Shown here: piece after piece, positions 42,790-55,213 of the stretch | Position numbering within the stretch: position 1 is the stretch's first letter | Layout of the letters: every line of letters starts with the position of its first letter | Assembly (NCBI GenBank): GCA_964016885.1 | Contig: OZ024741.1 | Span: 316,820,001-316,884,000, forward strand | Direction of reading: 5' to 3' | Origin: Eledone cirrhosa | Taxonomy: Eukaryota | Length of the DNA stretch: 64,000 nt | The notes under the pieces: model-generated | Database searches by the model: none | Seen by the model: only the letters and a program-made list of their open reading frames with translations | What the model was told of the DNA's origin: nothing | Made by a program: the position numbers and the translations under genes

Positions 42790-44045
42790 GTCTCCACCCA
42801 TTTTTTCCTGAGAGGATCGTGGGGGAAGAGCTCTCAAACACTCCATCCAGTGGGTCCTATCAGAAGCAACTGTCTTCAACTTATCCGGCGGGATCTCCAA
42901 GCGAGACCAACCAAGCTCATCGATGTTATCCAACCAACTTGCTTAAGGTCTACCCCAGGGTCTCCTCCCGGTTGTTTTGGCCCTTAATATCTGTCCAGCG
43001 TTGCTTTCCTGAGATATTCTAACCATATGCCCATAGTATCGGAGCTGTAATCTCCCAATTCGGTAAAGTAGCGGCTCTACCAAAAGTGACTCTCTGATCT
43101 CCAAGCTACGCACTCTATCACGTAACGTTACTGCAAAGACCCTTCGAAAGAAACCCATTTAGGCCGCTGGTATTCGCGATCGTATTCTTTCTGTCATTAC
43201 CCAAGATTCATCATCATAGGTAAGGGTTGACACGAATACCGAATTTAAGATAGTGAGTTTGGCTTTTACGCCTACTTCACTTCTTCTGATTACCGAATGC
43301 TGAAGCTGGCGCATTACTGTATCAGCTCCTGCAATTCTTACACTTAATTCAGCCTCCTACTTTCCAACACTGTGAACACGGCCCCGTGATACTTAAATTT
43401 TTCTACTTGATACGGCCCCGAGATACTTAAATTTTTCTACTTGATTTTGTGGAACTTCATTTATATATAGAGTGCACAGCGCAGGCTTCCATGAGAGGAC
43501 GAGTGCATCAGTTTTCACAGCTCTGATTTCCAATCCAGCCATGAAGCACTCGACATCAAACCTATCAAGTGCAAATCAGAAATCACCTTCTGGCGAGTTA
43601 AGTAACACCATGTTGTATGCAAATTCCAGCCGGCTGGTTTCACACCCGCCAGTCATGACACCACTTCCAGCCCGGTTGCGCATGTCAATACAGTTCATGT
43701 AAATAATGAACAGCTGAGGTGACTGTGTGCACTCATGGAGTAGTCCGACTTCCACATTGAATGGTTTCGATTTAGCACCATTTATACAAACACAAATACT
43801 CGGGCATTCATATAGAGATATCAGGGCAGCAAGAAGCTGATGATCGATCCCATACTCCTGCAGAAACAACCACAACAGATCCCGTGGAACACTGTCATAT
43901 GCCTTTTCAGGGTTGACAAAACAAGAATATACCTCTTGCCCACGATTTCTGGAAGACCAGCGGCTATGTTAATATTTGGTCAACTCTTCATCAGCTAGCT
44001 TGGACTCGTTAATCTCCCTGCATCTCTTTGCCAAACACTTAGCTT
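42790..44045 (-). pseudogene. RTE (Expander-like) LINE RT/3' fragment
   Basis: LQEYGI...SLY...FNVEVGL...SP.LFIIYM...LEFAYN (a decayed FADD) and MGFFRRVFAVTLRDRVRS. Confidence 0.82.
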
Positions 44046-44154
44046 CTCGGCCTTTTGGCTACGATTAGCTTAATAGCTGACACGATCTCTATATGGGATC
44101 ATCAATATTAAACTTATTTATTTAGAAACACGGGTTAGCCTGGTATTGCAGTGG

Positions 44155-44184
<30 letters not shown>

Positions 44185-44185
<1 letters not shown>

Positions 44186-44328
44186 GGCTCTTGCTGTTTC
44201 CGTCTACCAAATTCCATTCACAAGGCATTAGTGAATCTAATGCTAAAGTAGAAGGGGTCACAGCATGTTATTGAACCTAGAACCACATGGTTGAGAGCGA
44301 ATTCCTTAACCACAATGTCATGCCTATC
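44185..44328 (-). mobile_element. Degenerate tRNA-derived SINE
   Basis: GTTTCCGTCTACCAAATTCC...CACAAGGC...TTGAACC..GAACCACATGGTTG...CTTAACCAC, with reverse B-box- and A-box-like motifs. Confidence 0.55.
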
Positions 44329-44669
44329 TTCACAAAATATTAACATCGTATCAACGCGATTTTAAACTTACGCGTTAACTTCCGTTTAGTCCGTCCGAGG
44401 TAAAAAAATATAGTATCACACCAGGAACTAGAGCTTATGAGTATTTGTTCCAGCTTTTTGGTTTCTGTGTACAAATTACGCCAGGGCATATTTCGGTACT
44501 ACACTTACTCATGTGGTTTAAGACTTTAACTGGCTAGTATCGTGAAAACGCCAGATAGAATAGTTTGCGTTTCTCCTTCCAGCTCTAAAGCTCTGAGTTC
44601 AAATGTTGCCGTTGTCGATTTTATCCTTTCAAGATTGATAGGTCGATTTCTACACACTCACACACACAC

Positions 44670-44732
<63 letters not shown>

Positions 44733-45056
44733 TTTCTCTCTCTCTGTCAACAAGAAGAAATCGGCATTGTCTGACCAGGAGAAGAATGGGCTCCGCATGG
44801 TTAAAAGCCCAAAATTGACCGTATATTTCTTCAACGTTCTTACAACTCTACATGGATTCTTAATACCAGCACCACCTAAACGTTAGGTGCATTTAGCGTT
44901 TGCTATTTTGTTGCAAGAGTCATTAGAACATCTGATAGAATGCTTTGCCATATTCGTTCAGGCTCTCTGTGCTCAGAGTTCAAATCCCGCCGAGGTTAAA
45001 TTTGCATTTCATTCGTTCGAAGTCGATAAAAAAGTACTACTCCAGTATTGGGGTCG

Positions 45057-45093
<37 letters not shown>

Positions 45094-45214
45094 CCTGCTA
45101 TGGAAGAAATCGGCTGCGTTCAGACTAGGAGTGGGATGTGCTTAGTCAGGTTTAAAAGATTCCCTAGAAACGCTTACGACCACAACATATATACATGCTC
45201 ACCGACATCCAGAG

Positions 45215-45409
45215 TTGACATTGCACTCAGTGCTCCTGTGGGAGCCCCTACATGGACACACTGGAAGAGGAAGACCAAGGTTAACGTATGTTGATGCCCT
45301 AAGGACAGACACTGGTCTGTTGGAGACGCAGGACATGGCAGCGATAATGAGGGACAAAGACCGCTGGAGAGAACTCGTCCATGGAAATCGGGAATTTTAC
45401 CCGCCCTAG
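45215..45409 (+). pseudogene. RTE-like LINE C-terminal fragment
   Basis: VLLWEPLHG...RGRPRLTYVDAL..DTG...MRDKDRWRELV. Confidence 0.65.
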
Positions 45410-45812
45410 AATAGAATACATACTTCAGTTCTTTGGTTTGAGACCATCTTTCTCCTTCCTTCCATTCCACCACCCCTCCGCCCAGTTTTAGAACTCTCAA
45501 AACAGGGTCACGGGCCCTACTCTTGTGCCTGGCTTAGCATTAAAACACAATACAATAAAATAAAGTAAACGTGCGTGTATACCAATGTATGTAATATGAC
45601 GGCATGCTACAATATGCAACAATATATATTGCGGCAGCCACACCCTCACAATACACCTACATACAGACATATGCACACATATACATATATATATATATAT
45701 GCACACATATACATATATATATATATATGCACACACATACATATATATATAAATATAAATTAGCGAGAATCGTATTTCGGCTTTGTAATTAGCGAAAAAC
45801 AACTTCCGAGAT

Positions 45813-45887
<75 letters not shown>

Positions 45888-46239
45888 ATTTTGTGTTATT
45901 ATGCAGTTGGCCTTGAATAAAGAGGAAAATACTATAGAACTCACACCACCACAAGCAAAACCACACCACTTCCACTACCACCGCACCACTACGCCACCAC
46001 TACCACCACCACTATATTTCTGCACCTCGGCGCCGCCGCCGCCACCACTACAATGACCAATACAATTATAACTAACCTTCCCCTGGAACCAAGGCAACTA
46101 CTATAACCACTACACAGACAAGAATAGCACCACCAACAACAACATTTATAAACTCCAACTCAAGATGTCTGCCAGAGAATAGGACATTGTATAACATCAC
46201 TTCCGGTGTAAGGGCAGCCATTGTCTTTATCCTTCACAT

Positions 46240-47430
46240 ACACACACATATTTATTAACACATACACACCCGTTCATTAACATACACACACACACATTTA
46301 CTAACACACACAGTTACTAACACACACACACACATTTACTAACACACACACACACACATTTACTAACATACACACATTTACTAACACACACACACATTTA
46401 CTAACACACACACATTTACTAATACACACACATTTACTAAACACACACATATTTACTAACACACACACGTACACACATTTACTAACACACACACACATTT
46501 ACTAACACACACACATTTACTAACATACACACACACATTTACTAACATACACACACACACATTTACTAACATACACACATATTTACTAACATACACACAT
46601 TTACTAACACACACACATTTACTAACACACACATTTACTAACACACACACATTTACTAACACACACACATTTACTAACACACACACACACACACATTTAC
46701 TAACATACACACATTTACTAACACACACACATTTACTAACACACGCACATTTACTAACACACACATTTACTAACACACACACACATTTACTAACACACAC
46801 ACATTTACTAACACACACACACATTTACTCACACACACATATTTACTAACACACACACGCACACACATTTACTAACACACACATTTACTAACATACACAC
46901 ACATTTATTAACACACACACATTTACTAACACACACACACATTTACTAACACATACCCATTTACTAATATACACACATTTACTAACACACACACTTTTAC
47001 TAACACATACATTTACTAACAAACACACACATTTACTAACATACACACATTTACTAACACACACACATTTACTAACACACACACATTTACTAACATACAC
47101 ACATTTACTAAAACACACACACATTTACTAACACACACACACATTTACTAACATACACACCCATTTACTAACATACACACATTTACTAATATACACACAC
47201 ATTTACTAACATACACACATTTACTAATATACACACACATTTACTAACATACACGAACCCATTCATTAACATATACACACACATTTACTAACATACGCAT
47301 ACACACACATTCACTAACATATGCATACACACACATTTACCAACAAACACGCACACACACACAGTTACCAACGCCACACACATGCAAGTTACCAACACAA
47401 TCACACAGTTACTAACGCACATACACTTGT
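46240..47430. repeat. Minisatellite TTTACTAA(CA)n with variable unit length
   Basis: Dozens of ACATTTACTAAC cores separated by variable CA runs. Confidence 0.95.
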
Positions 47431-47574
47431 ACACAGTTACTAACGCACGTTCGCATACACGCACGCACACACACGCACTCACACACACACACATGCCCTC
47501 ACACACACGCACTCATATTTATACACCTAAGATTTCAACGGCTCTTTTGTTGTTTCCTTCACAAATCTTTGACC

Positions 47575-47585
47575 ACCCACCGCCG

Positions 47586-47640
<55 letters not shown>

Positions 47641-47651
47641 CACCACCACCG

Positions 47652-47715
<64 letters not shown>

Positions 47716-48090
47716 CACCACCACCACCACTACTACTACTACTACTACTTAAGAGCCTAAAATGCAGAACTGACAAGGCTAAACATCAACAACCACCATT
47801 GCATGTCCAAGTACATTGTTCCAGAATGAAAAGACATGGTGGTCACAGCTGGAACGCCTATCATGATCTGCTGGATCAGAACTAGAATGAAATTAAATAA
47901 CAAGAGAAACAGCAAACAGCATGCAGCCGCAGCAGTGACAAAAACAGCAAAAAATGGTTATGGTGGTGGCGGCGGTTTTGGAGGTGGTTGTGGTGGTGGC
48001 GGTGGTAGTAGTAGTAGTAGTAGCAGCAGCAGCAGTAGTAGTAGTAGTACTACTAGTAGTAGTAGTAGTAGCAGCAGCAGCAACAGCAAC

Positions 48091-48137
<47 letters not shown>

Positions 48138-48152
48138 CAGCAACAGCAGCAG

Positions 48153-48191
<39 letters not shown>

Positions 48192-48207
48192 CAGCAGCGA
48201 CAGCAAC

Positions 48208-48248
<41 letters not shown>

Positions 48249-48413
48249 CAGCAACAGCAGCAGGAGGAGGAGTAGTAGTAGTAGTAGTAGAAGTAGTAGT
48301 AGTAGCAGCAGCAGCAACAGCAGCAACAGCAACAGTAGTAGTAGTAGTAGTAGTAGTAGCAGCAACAGCGGGAGTAGTAGTAGTAGTAGTAGTAGCAGCA
48401 ACAGCAGCAGGAG

Positions 48414-48458
<45 letters not shown>

Positions 48459-48501
48459 CAGCAGCAACAGCGGGAGTAGTAGTAGTAGTAGTAGCAGCAA
48501 C

Positions 48502-48532
<31 letters not shown>

Positions 48533-48535
48533 ACT
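47575..48535. repeat. (CTA/CCA)n and (AGT/AGC)n trinucleotide microsatellites
   Basis: Direct reading. Confidence 0.95.
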
Positions 48536-48838
48536 ACCTATACTATTAATTGACAAACTGTAAGAGAAACGCCAGCAGGCAAACAAAACACACTGACGTC
48601 AACAACAACAACAACAACAATTGCAATTACAACAACAGCAGTACCACCAACGCCACCACAAACACAAACAACAACTACAACAGTTGCAATTACAACAACA
48701 GCAGTACCACCAACGCCACCACAAACACAAACAACAACTACAACAGTTGCAATAATTATCCATAATTAGGCACTATCGCAAGCAACAGCAATCAGATATC
48801 AGTGCTAACGTACAGTACATTGTATGTATATACATACT

Positions 48839-48896
<58 letters not shown>

Positions 48897-48919
48897 ATAC
48901 ACACTCTCTATCACGCACA

Positions 48920-49013
<94 letters not shown>

Positions 49014-49498
49014 TAAATACATTCAGATGGAAAGTAAACAATAATATTAACAACAGCTCCATCATTCGAACAACAGCAACAAAAACAACAGAAATAGCAA
49101 TAGTAACAACGATAACAGCAGCAGCATCTCCACAAGCAATAGCAACAACAGCAACAACAATTTTAATAACAGCAGCAATAGGAACAATACCAAGATATCC
49201 AACAACAGCAGTAATAGCAACAAGAGAAATAACATCTGCAGCAACTATAGCAATAACAGCACCAATTGTAGTATCTATCTATCTATCTATCTATCTTGAT
49301 AGAGTAAGACACGCTTCACATCGGCTCCGCTATTCCATCGGGATTTACCCTTACTATTGTAAGTACTGGATAAATTTTTCAGTGCAACACATTTGGAACA
49401 CTAACCCCTGTTATTTAGGGAAACATTTTTGCATTTACCCCCTTTTTAGGGGGTAAAATAAATATCTATTTTTGCCGAAAAATTTCTTTCTTGGCAGC

Positions 49499-51187
49499 AT
49501 GGCGGAAAAGATGGCAGACATGTCTGCCATTAGCTCTGCCACGCCCCCCAAGTCTGAAGAACAAAAAATAATTACAACAAAATTAGACAATGAAACAAAC
49601 AAAGAAAATGAAAAAACAAATGTTAAGGAAAATGAGCAAACGGAAAACAAACAAACAGAAAATAATACAAATAACAACAGGGCAACTTTCGCCCAGAAAA
49701 CAAAACAATCCATTACATACACACCAATTGACCTAACTGCCGCCAGAGAAAAACAGGCCGAAGCAAAGAAACACATTGTTTTGGGGGAGAACGGAATGTT
49801 TTCCATTAACTCCCCCCCAGAATTCAAGAAAGCCAGAGCAGAAAACACAGTTATATACAGAACTATACTAAACCAGTCAAGAAAGCCAGCACAGCCCAGC
49901 CAAATGGAAATAGAGTTAGTCCTAAAAGACTATATGAAGAATATTCTCTTCATACGAAAGGACCGACTCTATGGCAGCATTTCGGTCCTAACAAGAGACA
50001 AAGAAACGGCGGTTCAGCTTTCCCTAAGCCCACTCTCGTCGACAACATATAGCTTCTATCCCTCCTACATGGGTAGAAGAACACAGAGAATAAAAGTAAA
50101 AACAATGCTGCCCACAATGGACTTCTGGTGGGCTATTGCTGGCTTCATTGATATGGGCGAAGACACTATGCTGTCAATGGGGAAGGCAACTGGAGATGCG
50201 TTCCTGGGAATGGGCCTCGACATACTAGTCCAAATGAGGCCCGAAAGAATAGCACAAATCCCGGATCGCATCTGGCTGGATGACCTTACCCCAATAGACA
50301 TAATTGTAGAGGGGAGAAGACCAGCATGCTATTTATGCATGGAAAGGGGACACGTTAAGGCTAACTGCCCGAAACGTATCCCCCAAAAAGGACTATTGCC
50401 CACACCCACCACAAACAGTACACCAGCACCACCCACCTCCAAAAATACACTAATACCACACACAGCAAACAAAATACAGACACCACCAACCACAAACACA
50501 ACACAAACATCACCACCACCAGCACCAAACACAACCACGACACAAAAATCACCACCACCAACCACAACACAAACATCACCACCACCATTACCAACCACAA
50601 GCACGACACAAACATTACCACCACCACCACCACAAAACCCATTCCAAACAAATAATAAAAAAAACAGTAACAAATCTACCCCTCCCGCAAAAAAAAAACA
50701 ACCACACAACACGTCCCTCCCACCTAGCGCTGAAGAGTTTCCCCCAACTTCTGAAGAAGAAGGAGGAGAAGCCTTCAGACAAGTTAAAAGAAAAAAAAGA
50801 AAACACACACCCAGCACACCACAAATAACCCACACACAAACACCAACTCCAATCAAAAACACCCCACCCTCAACAAACAAAAATAAATCTGCGCCTCCCC
50901 TCTCCGAAACATTGACAGCATCACAAAAAAAGACGTTGCAATACACATATATAAATAAAGAAAACAAAAAACTGGTTAAATTAATAAACAATAACCCTAT
51001 GGTGCAGACCCAAGGGCCAAACTTTATCTCAACAGAGAACTTCACCCATTTAAAAATGATAAAGGTCCCTCTGGACCTTTATCGTTCCTTAAAAGAACAA
51101 TTTAGACGGGACGTGAGCCCCCCCCTGTTTAAAACCGTTGAATCGCGTCCTCTTGAAAGATTTCCCCATAACCGCCCCTCTCCCTAA
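49499..51187 (+). CDS. Tx1 ORF1 (gag-like nucleic-acid-binding protein with CCHC zinc knuckle and Pro/Thr-rich tail)
   Basis: Open frame from the ATG at 49499 with a CX2CX4HX4C knuckle (CYLCMERGHVKANC). The stop position is conserved in copy 2 (TAA vs TGA). Confidence 0.85.
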   Translation: MAEKMADMSAISSATPPKSEEQKIITTKLDNETNKENEKTNVKENEQTENKQTENNTNNNRATFAQKTKQSITYTPIDLTAAREKQAEAKKHIVLGENGMFSINSPPEFKKARAENTVIYRTILNQSRKPAQPSQMEIELVLKDYMKNILFIRKDRLYGSISVLTRDKETAVQLSLSPLSSTTYSFYPSYMGRRTQRIKVKTMLPTMDFWWAIAGFIDMGEDTMLSMGKATGDAFLGMGLDILVQMRPERIAQIPDRIWLDDLTPIDIIVEGRRPACYLCMERGHVKANCPKRIPQKGLLPTPTTNSTPAPPTSKNTLIPHTANKIQTPPTTNTTQTSPPPAPNTTTTQKSPPPTTTQTSPPPLPTTSTTQTLPPPPPQNPFQTNNKKNSNKSTPPAKKKQPHNTSLPPSAEEFPPTSEEEGGEAFRQVKRKKRKHTPSTPQITHTQTPTPIKNTPPSTNKNKSAPPLSETLTASQKKTLQYTYINKENKKLVKLINNNPMVQTQGPNFISTENFTHLKMIKVPLDLYRSLKEQFRRDVSPPLFKTVESRPLERFPHNRPSP

Positions 51188-51340
51188 CACAACTCCAAAT
51201 ACCCCAACCCCACCACACACGTGTACCCCCACACCACCACAAAACATCCCTCCACCCAACACACCTGATGCCATGGAAATTACGCAACCCGGAGAGGTAA
51301 GTGCTTTTCTTTCTTCACTTTCAACACCAAAATAGATCAA

Positions 51341-54300
51341 TTGAGAGTTGGCTGTTTGAACGCGCGTGGCCTGAGCTCAGCTTGGAAGCAAGCAAAGCTT
51401 CTAAGTGACCTCAGGTCACAAAGTATAGATGTGATGGTTGTTTGCGAGAGTCGGATCAGCAGCGTGAGACAGCTGGCGCCCGCCTTCGATGACTTTGAGA
51501 TGCACGCATCTCTCTGTCAACCCGGAGGCGGGGGGGGGGAGTTGCCGTACTGCTGGATAAACGTCTGACTCTCGACGTACAGATTGTTCACTCGGACCCG
51601 GGGGGTCGATTACTGGTGCTGGACGTCGGAGGTGGTGAAGGCGGGGCTTTCAGACTGGTCGGTCTTTATGCTCCCTTCGGGGCGGAGAGAGCCGACTTCT
51701 TCCAACGTCTGGAGACTTTTCTAGGAACGTCGCGTTCCCTGCTTTTAGTGGGGGACTGGAATGGAATCCTAGATGCGCGTTGGGACTATGCAGGGGCATG
51801 TCCCGATAGAGGGGGGTGTAGCAGCCTCAAGGGGTTACTCGATCGATTCGACCTGGTCGATAGATTTCGACTAGATTGTCCAACTGCGCCAACCTGGACC
51901 TGGGCAAACCGCAGTGGACAATCTAGATCGTACCTAGATAGGTTTTTGGTTAGGAGTAAGGATAGGGACGTATTTAGTTGTCCAGAACTGATCATGGTTG
52001 GCTATTCAGATCACAAATTAGTGACCTGCGTGGTCAACCTTGATAGAACGCATAGACAGGGTCCCGGTTACTGGAAGATGAACTTGTCCTTACCGACAAA
52101 GAAAGATTACAGAAACCGGATTAGTAGCTTAGTTAAGATGCGGTTGACGGGAGCGATCGTCAACAGTAGGTGGTGGATATCTCTAAAGAGAGAGATTAGA
52201 GTAAGTTCGATAGGTTACAGTAAGGAACTAGCGGCGAATAGAAATAGGAGGGAAAGGGAGTTAACAGATAAACTAGAAGAGGCGATTAGGAGCGGAGACG
52301 TAGCCAGAGTGTTAGCGACGAGAACGGCATTGAGCCAGTTCTTTGACGCGAAGCACGAAGGCTGCGTTGTCCGAAGTAAAATACGTGCTTTAGGAAACGA
52401 GGGGACCAAAGCTGTTAGCTGGGCCCGCGTGACAGAAGCCAAGAGTGGGATTAAATCCACCATTCGGTCTTTGCGAGACCAGGATGGACGGGTGATCCTT
52501 GAACCTGAGCGAATGTGCGAGACCTTTCAAAGGCACTTTGCTCGACTGTTCGGAGGTGGCGGGGGGCCGGACGGGGATGTGGACTTCGGTCCATACCTCG
52601 ACGGTCTACCGCGTCTTTCGAGCGGCGAAGCGGAGTGCTGCGAAGGGCCAATCACAGCCACTGAAATCGGGGAAGCGCTCAGCCAATGCAGCAGACGCAA
52701 ATCCCCGGGTCTCGATGGTCTACCATACGAACTTTATTTAGCTATGCCGGTCTTGTTCTCCGAACTCCTCGAGGCTGTCTATTGCAACTGGCAACAGAAC
52801 GGGAGAATTCCCTGTTCTGTGACCAAGGGCGTGGTCACGCTAGTGAGGAAGGACGAGAGCAAGGGGGACGACTTAAGTAACTTTAGGCCCATAACTCTGC
52901 TGAATGCAGAGTTACAGATTTTGGCCAAGGTGTTGGCGAAGAGGTTGGCGCTTGTGGTGGGTGGTTTGGTGGGAGACGCGCAGACATGCGCTATCCCGTC
53001 CAGGTCCATTCACGACAACCTCCACCTCATGCGATACATCATAGAGAGGGTTGGCTACGAACCCGGCTTTGGTGGGGCCCTGATCAACTTGGATCAATCT
53101 AAGGCGTTCGATAGGGTCGACCATGGTTACCTGGATGCGGTGCTAGCGGCGGCGGGCTTCGGACCCGTTTTCAGGGGCTGGATTTCTGCCATGCACAGTG
53201 GCAACATCTACTCTAGGATTAAAGTAAACGGCTACCTCTCGGAGCCGTTTCAAATCACCCGATCCATCAGACAGGGGTGCCCCCTCTCCTCCCTTCTGTA
53301 CGTATTGACTCTCGAGCCACTGCTGCGGAAGTTGGAGTTGCTGCGGGGCATACCCCTGGAACCGGGATTGCACAAAGCGGTCTCGGCCTATGCCGACGAC
53401 GTAACAGTAATGGTGGCGGACGCCTCGGAAATCGGGGCGATCGCCACCCTACTGGAGGAATACGAAAGGCTGACGGGGGCTAAGCTGAACCAGGACAAGT
53501 CAGTCGGTTTGCAACTCGGAACGTGGAGGGGCAAACCGATGCCGTTAGACGGTGTCGTCGGGCGGTGGACGGAGGGCCCGGTGAAGCTGCTCGGGGTCTG
53601 GTTCGGACCGGACCTCCAGGTGGAGAAGAATTGGGGCGAGGTGACGAGCAGGGTGTTTGCGCTGACCCAGAAGTGGGCCAAGTGCAAACTATCACTGAAA
53701 GGTCGGGCGGAGGTGACGAACGCTTACATAGCGTCCGTCATCTACTACCGCCTGACCGTCGTGCCTTGCCCCAAGGAAAAGCTCACCATCATGGAACGCA
53801 TGCTCTTCCAGTTCCTCTGGAAGAAGCGGCCTCCCATGGTGAGGAGATCCATCTGCTGCCAGCACCCTTCGAAAGGAGGGCTGGGTATGCCGTGGCTGTT
53901 GATGCGTAGGCACGCATTGAGGCTACGGCATCTACAGGTATTCCTCAACGGTCAGCCGGTGTGGGCCCCGTTTGTGAGGCGAGCCTTCCCACAGCTCGTC
54001 TCGCTCACCGAACTGCAATCCTGGGTGAAGCAAAGACCGAGAAAACTGGGCAACTGGCACACTGAGTGTGCCCAGGCGCTCACGGCTATCTGGCAAGCGG
54101 ACCCGACTGTCAGTGGAGAATCCACCTCGACATTCTATAGAGGGTTGGTGGCTAGCAGGGGCGACGACACCCTTGGAGAGTCGCTAGGCATGGAGGAGGA
54201 CGAACTGGCCAGCCTGTTCGGTAGAACTTTCGGCCCGGGACCCATGGACAACTTCCAGAGGTCCCTAGCCTGGCAGTGTTACCGGGGGGCTCTGCCCGTT

Positions 54301-54771
54301 CGAGAAAAGCTCTACAGACACGGGCGCCCGGGCAGGGATCCCGCGAAAAAGATCTGTCCCAGATGCGTGCGCGACGAGGAAACCGTTGCGCATGCACTGG
54401 TACACTGCCCGGGCGTTGCCGATCTGTGGGGCTACGTCGAACGACTGCTGTCGCGTGTGGCGCCGATTCGATTAACCGCCGAGTCTGTGGTGAACATCAA
54501 GCCGCCTCCTCCCTTCAGAAATGAAGCAGAGGCGGTCTTTCTGTGCGTAATAGCCATGATGAAAGAGGTTGTGTGGTGGACGCGCCTGAAAGGTCTGAGG
54601 TCGGGTGACTTTCTCTCCGGCCATCACCTGGTTTACTTCTTCCGATACCACTTCGGAAGAAGAATCAGGATGGAGAGAGAAGTGCTTGGTCCCAGACAGT
54701 TTTATGAAAGGTGGGTGAAAGAAGCGAGAATGGCCCGTGTAAATGGGCCTTCTCTCTACATTGTTCTGTAG
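51341..54771 (+). CDS. Tx1 ORF2: APE endonuclease + reverse transcriptase + C-terminal CCHC finger (one frameshift in the G-run at ~51530-51540)
   Basis: APE motifs CLNARGL, VCE, LVGDWN, YLDRF, SDHKLV. RT motifs KSPGLDG, NFRPITLLN, LDQSKAFDRVDH, RQGCPLS, YADD. C-terminal CPRCVRDEETVAHALVHC. The GPGYWKMN linker is typical of Tx1/L1. Confidence 0.92.
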
Positions 54772-55213
54772 GTGAAGAAGTGAAGAGGAAAGGGGGACGC
54801 CTCCTCTCTGGGCTTCCCCCGCGAAAAGAGTTGCACACTTTTCGGGGGTATGTGCAATCCCCAACACGCCCCCTCCCTTTTGAGGACTTTTTATTGTTAT
54901 ATTATTATTGTTATTCCTTTCTTCTTTACTCGATTTATGTAAACTCCCCCACTGTGTAAATGTCCCCTTCTTTTGTGCCCTCGTGGCAAATAAATAGAAA
55001 TTTATCTATCTTGATAGAGTAAGACACGCTTCACATCGGCTCCGCTATTCCATCGGGATTTACCCTTACTATTGTAAGTATTGGATAAATTTTTCAGTGC
55101 AACACATTTGGAACACTAACCCCTGTTATTTAGGGAAACATTTTTGCATTTACCCCCTTTTTAGGGGGTAAAATAAATATCTATTTTTGCCGAAAAATTT
55201 CTTTCTTGGCAGC

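Larger units (their letters stand above)
49296..55000 (+). mobile_element. Full-length Tx1-clade non-LTR retrotransposon, copy 1, inserted in (TATC)n
   Basis: Starts TTGATAGAGTAAG directly after (TATC)n. Contains 5' UTR, ORF1, ORF2 and a 3' UTR ending AATAAATAGAAA followed by TTTATCTATC. A near-identical copy follows. Confidence 0.93.

Noticed and set aside
46240-47430. TTTACTAAC repeats as branch-point arrays, telomeric repeats or CRISPR
   Set aside because: The spacers are only variable CA runs, so this is an ordinary compound minisatellite.
47836-48553. Poly-Ser/Gly ORF as a host exon
   Set aside because: It is almost entirely AGT/AGC repeat, open in several frames, with no recognisable domain.
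48824-49498. Upstream ORF or TTG extension of ORF1
   Set aside because: The 48824 ORF runs through microsatellites across the insertion junction. The ATG at 49499 is the plausible ORF1 start.
51297-51335. GTAAGT...pyrimidine tract...TAG as an intron fusing the mini-ORF to ORF2
   Set aside because: It is only 39 nt, and removal leads to ATC AAT TGA (stop), out of frame with ORF2.
50065-54959. Many short antisense or alternative-frame ORFs within Tx1
   Set aside because: Expected by-products of GC-rich coding sequence; they repeat only because the copies are near-identical.
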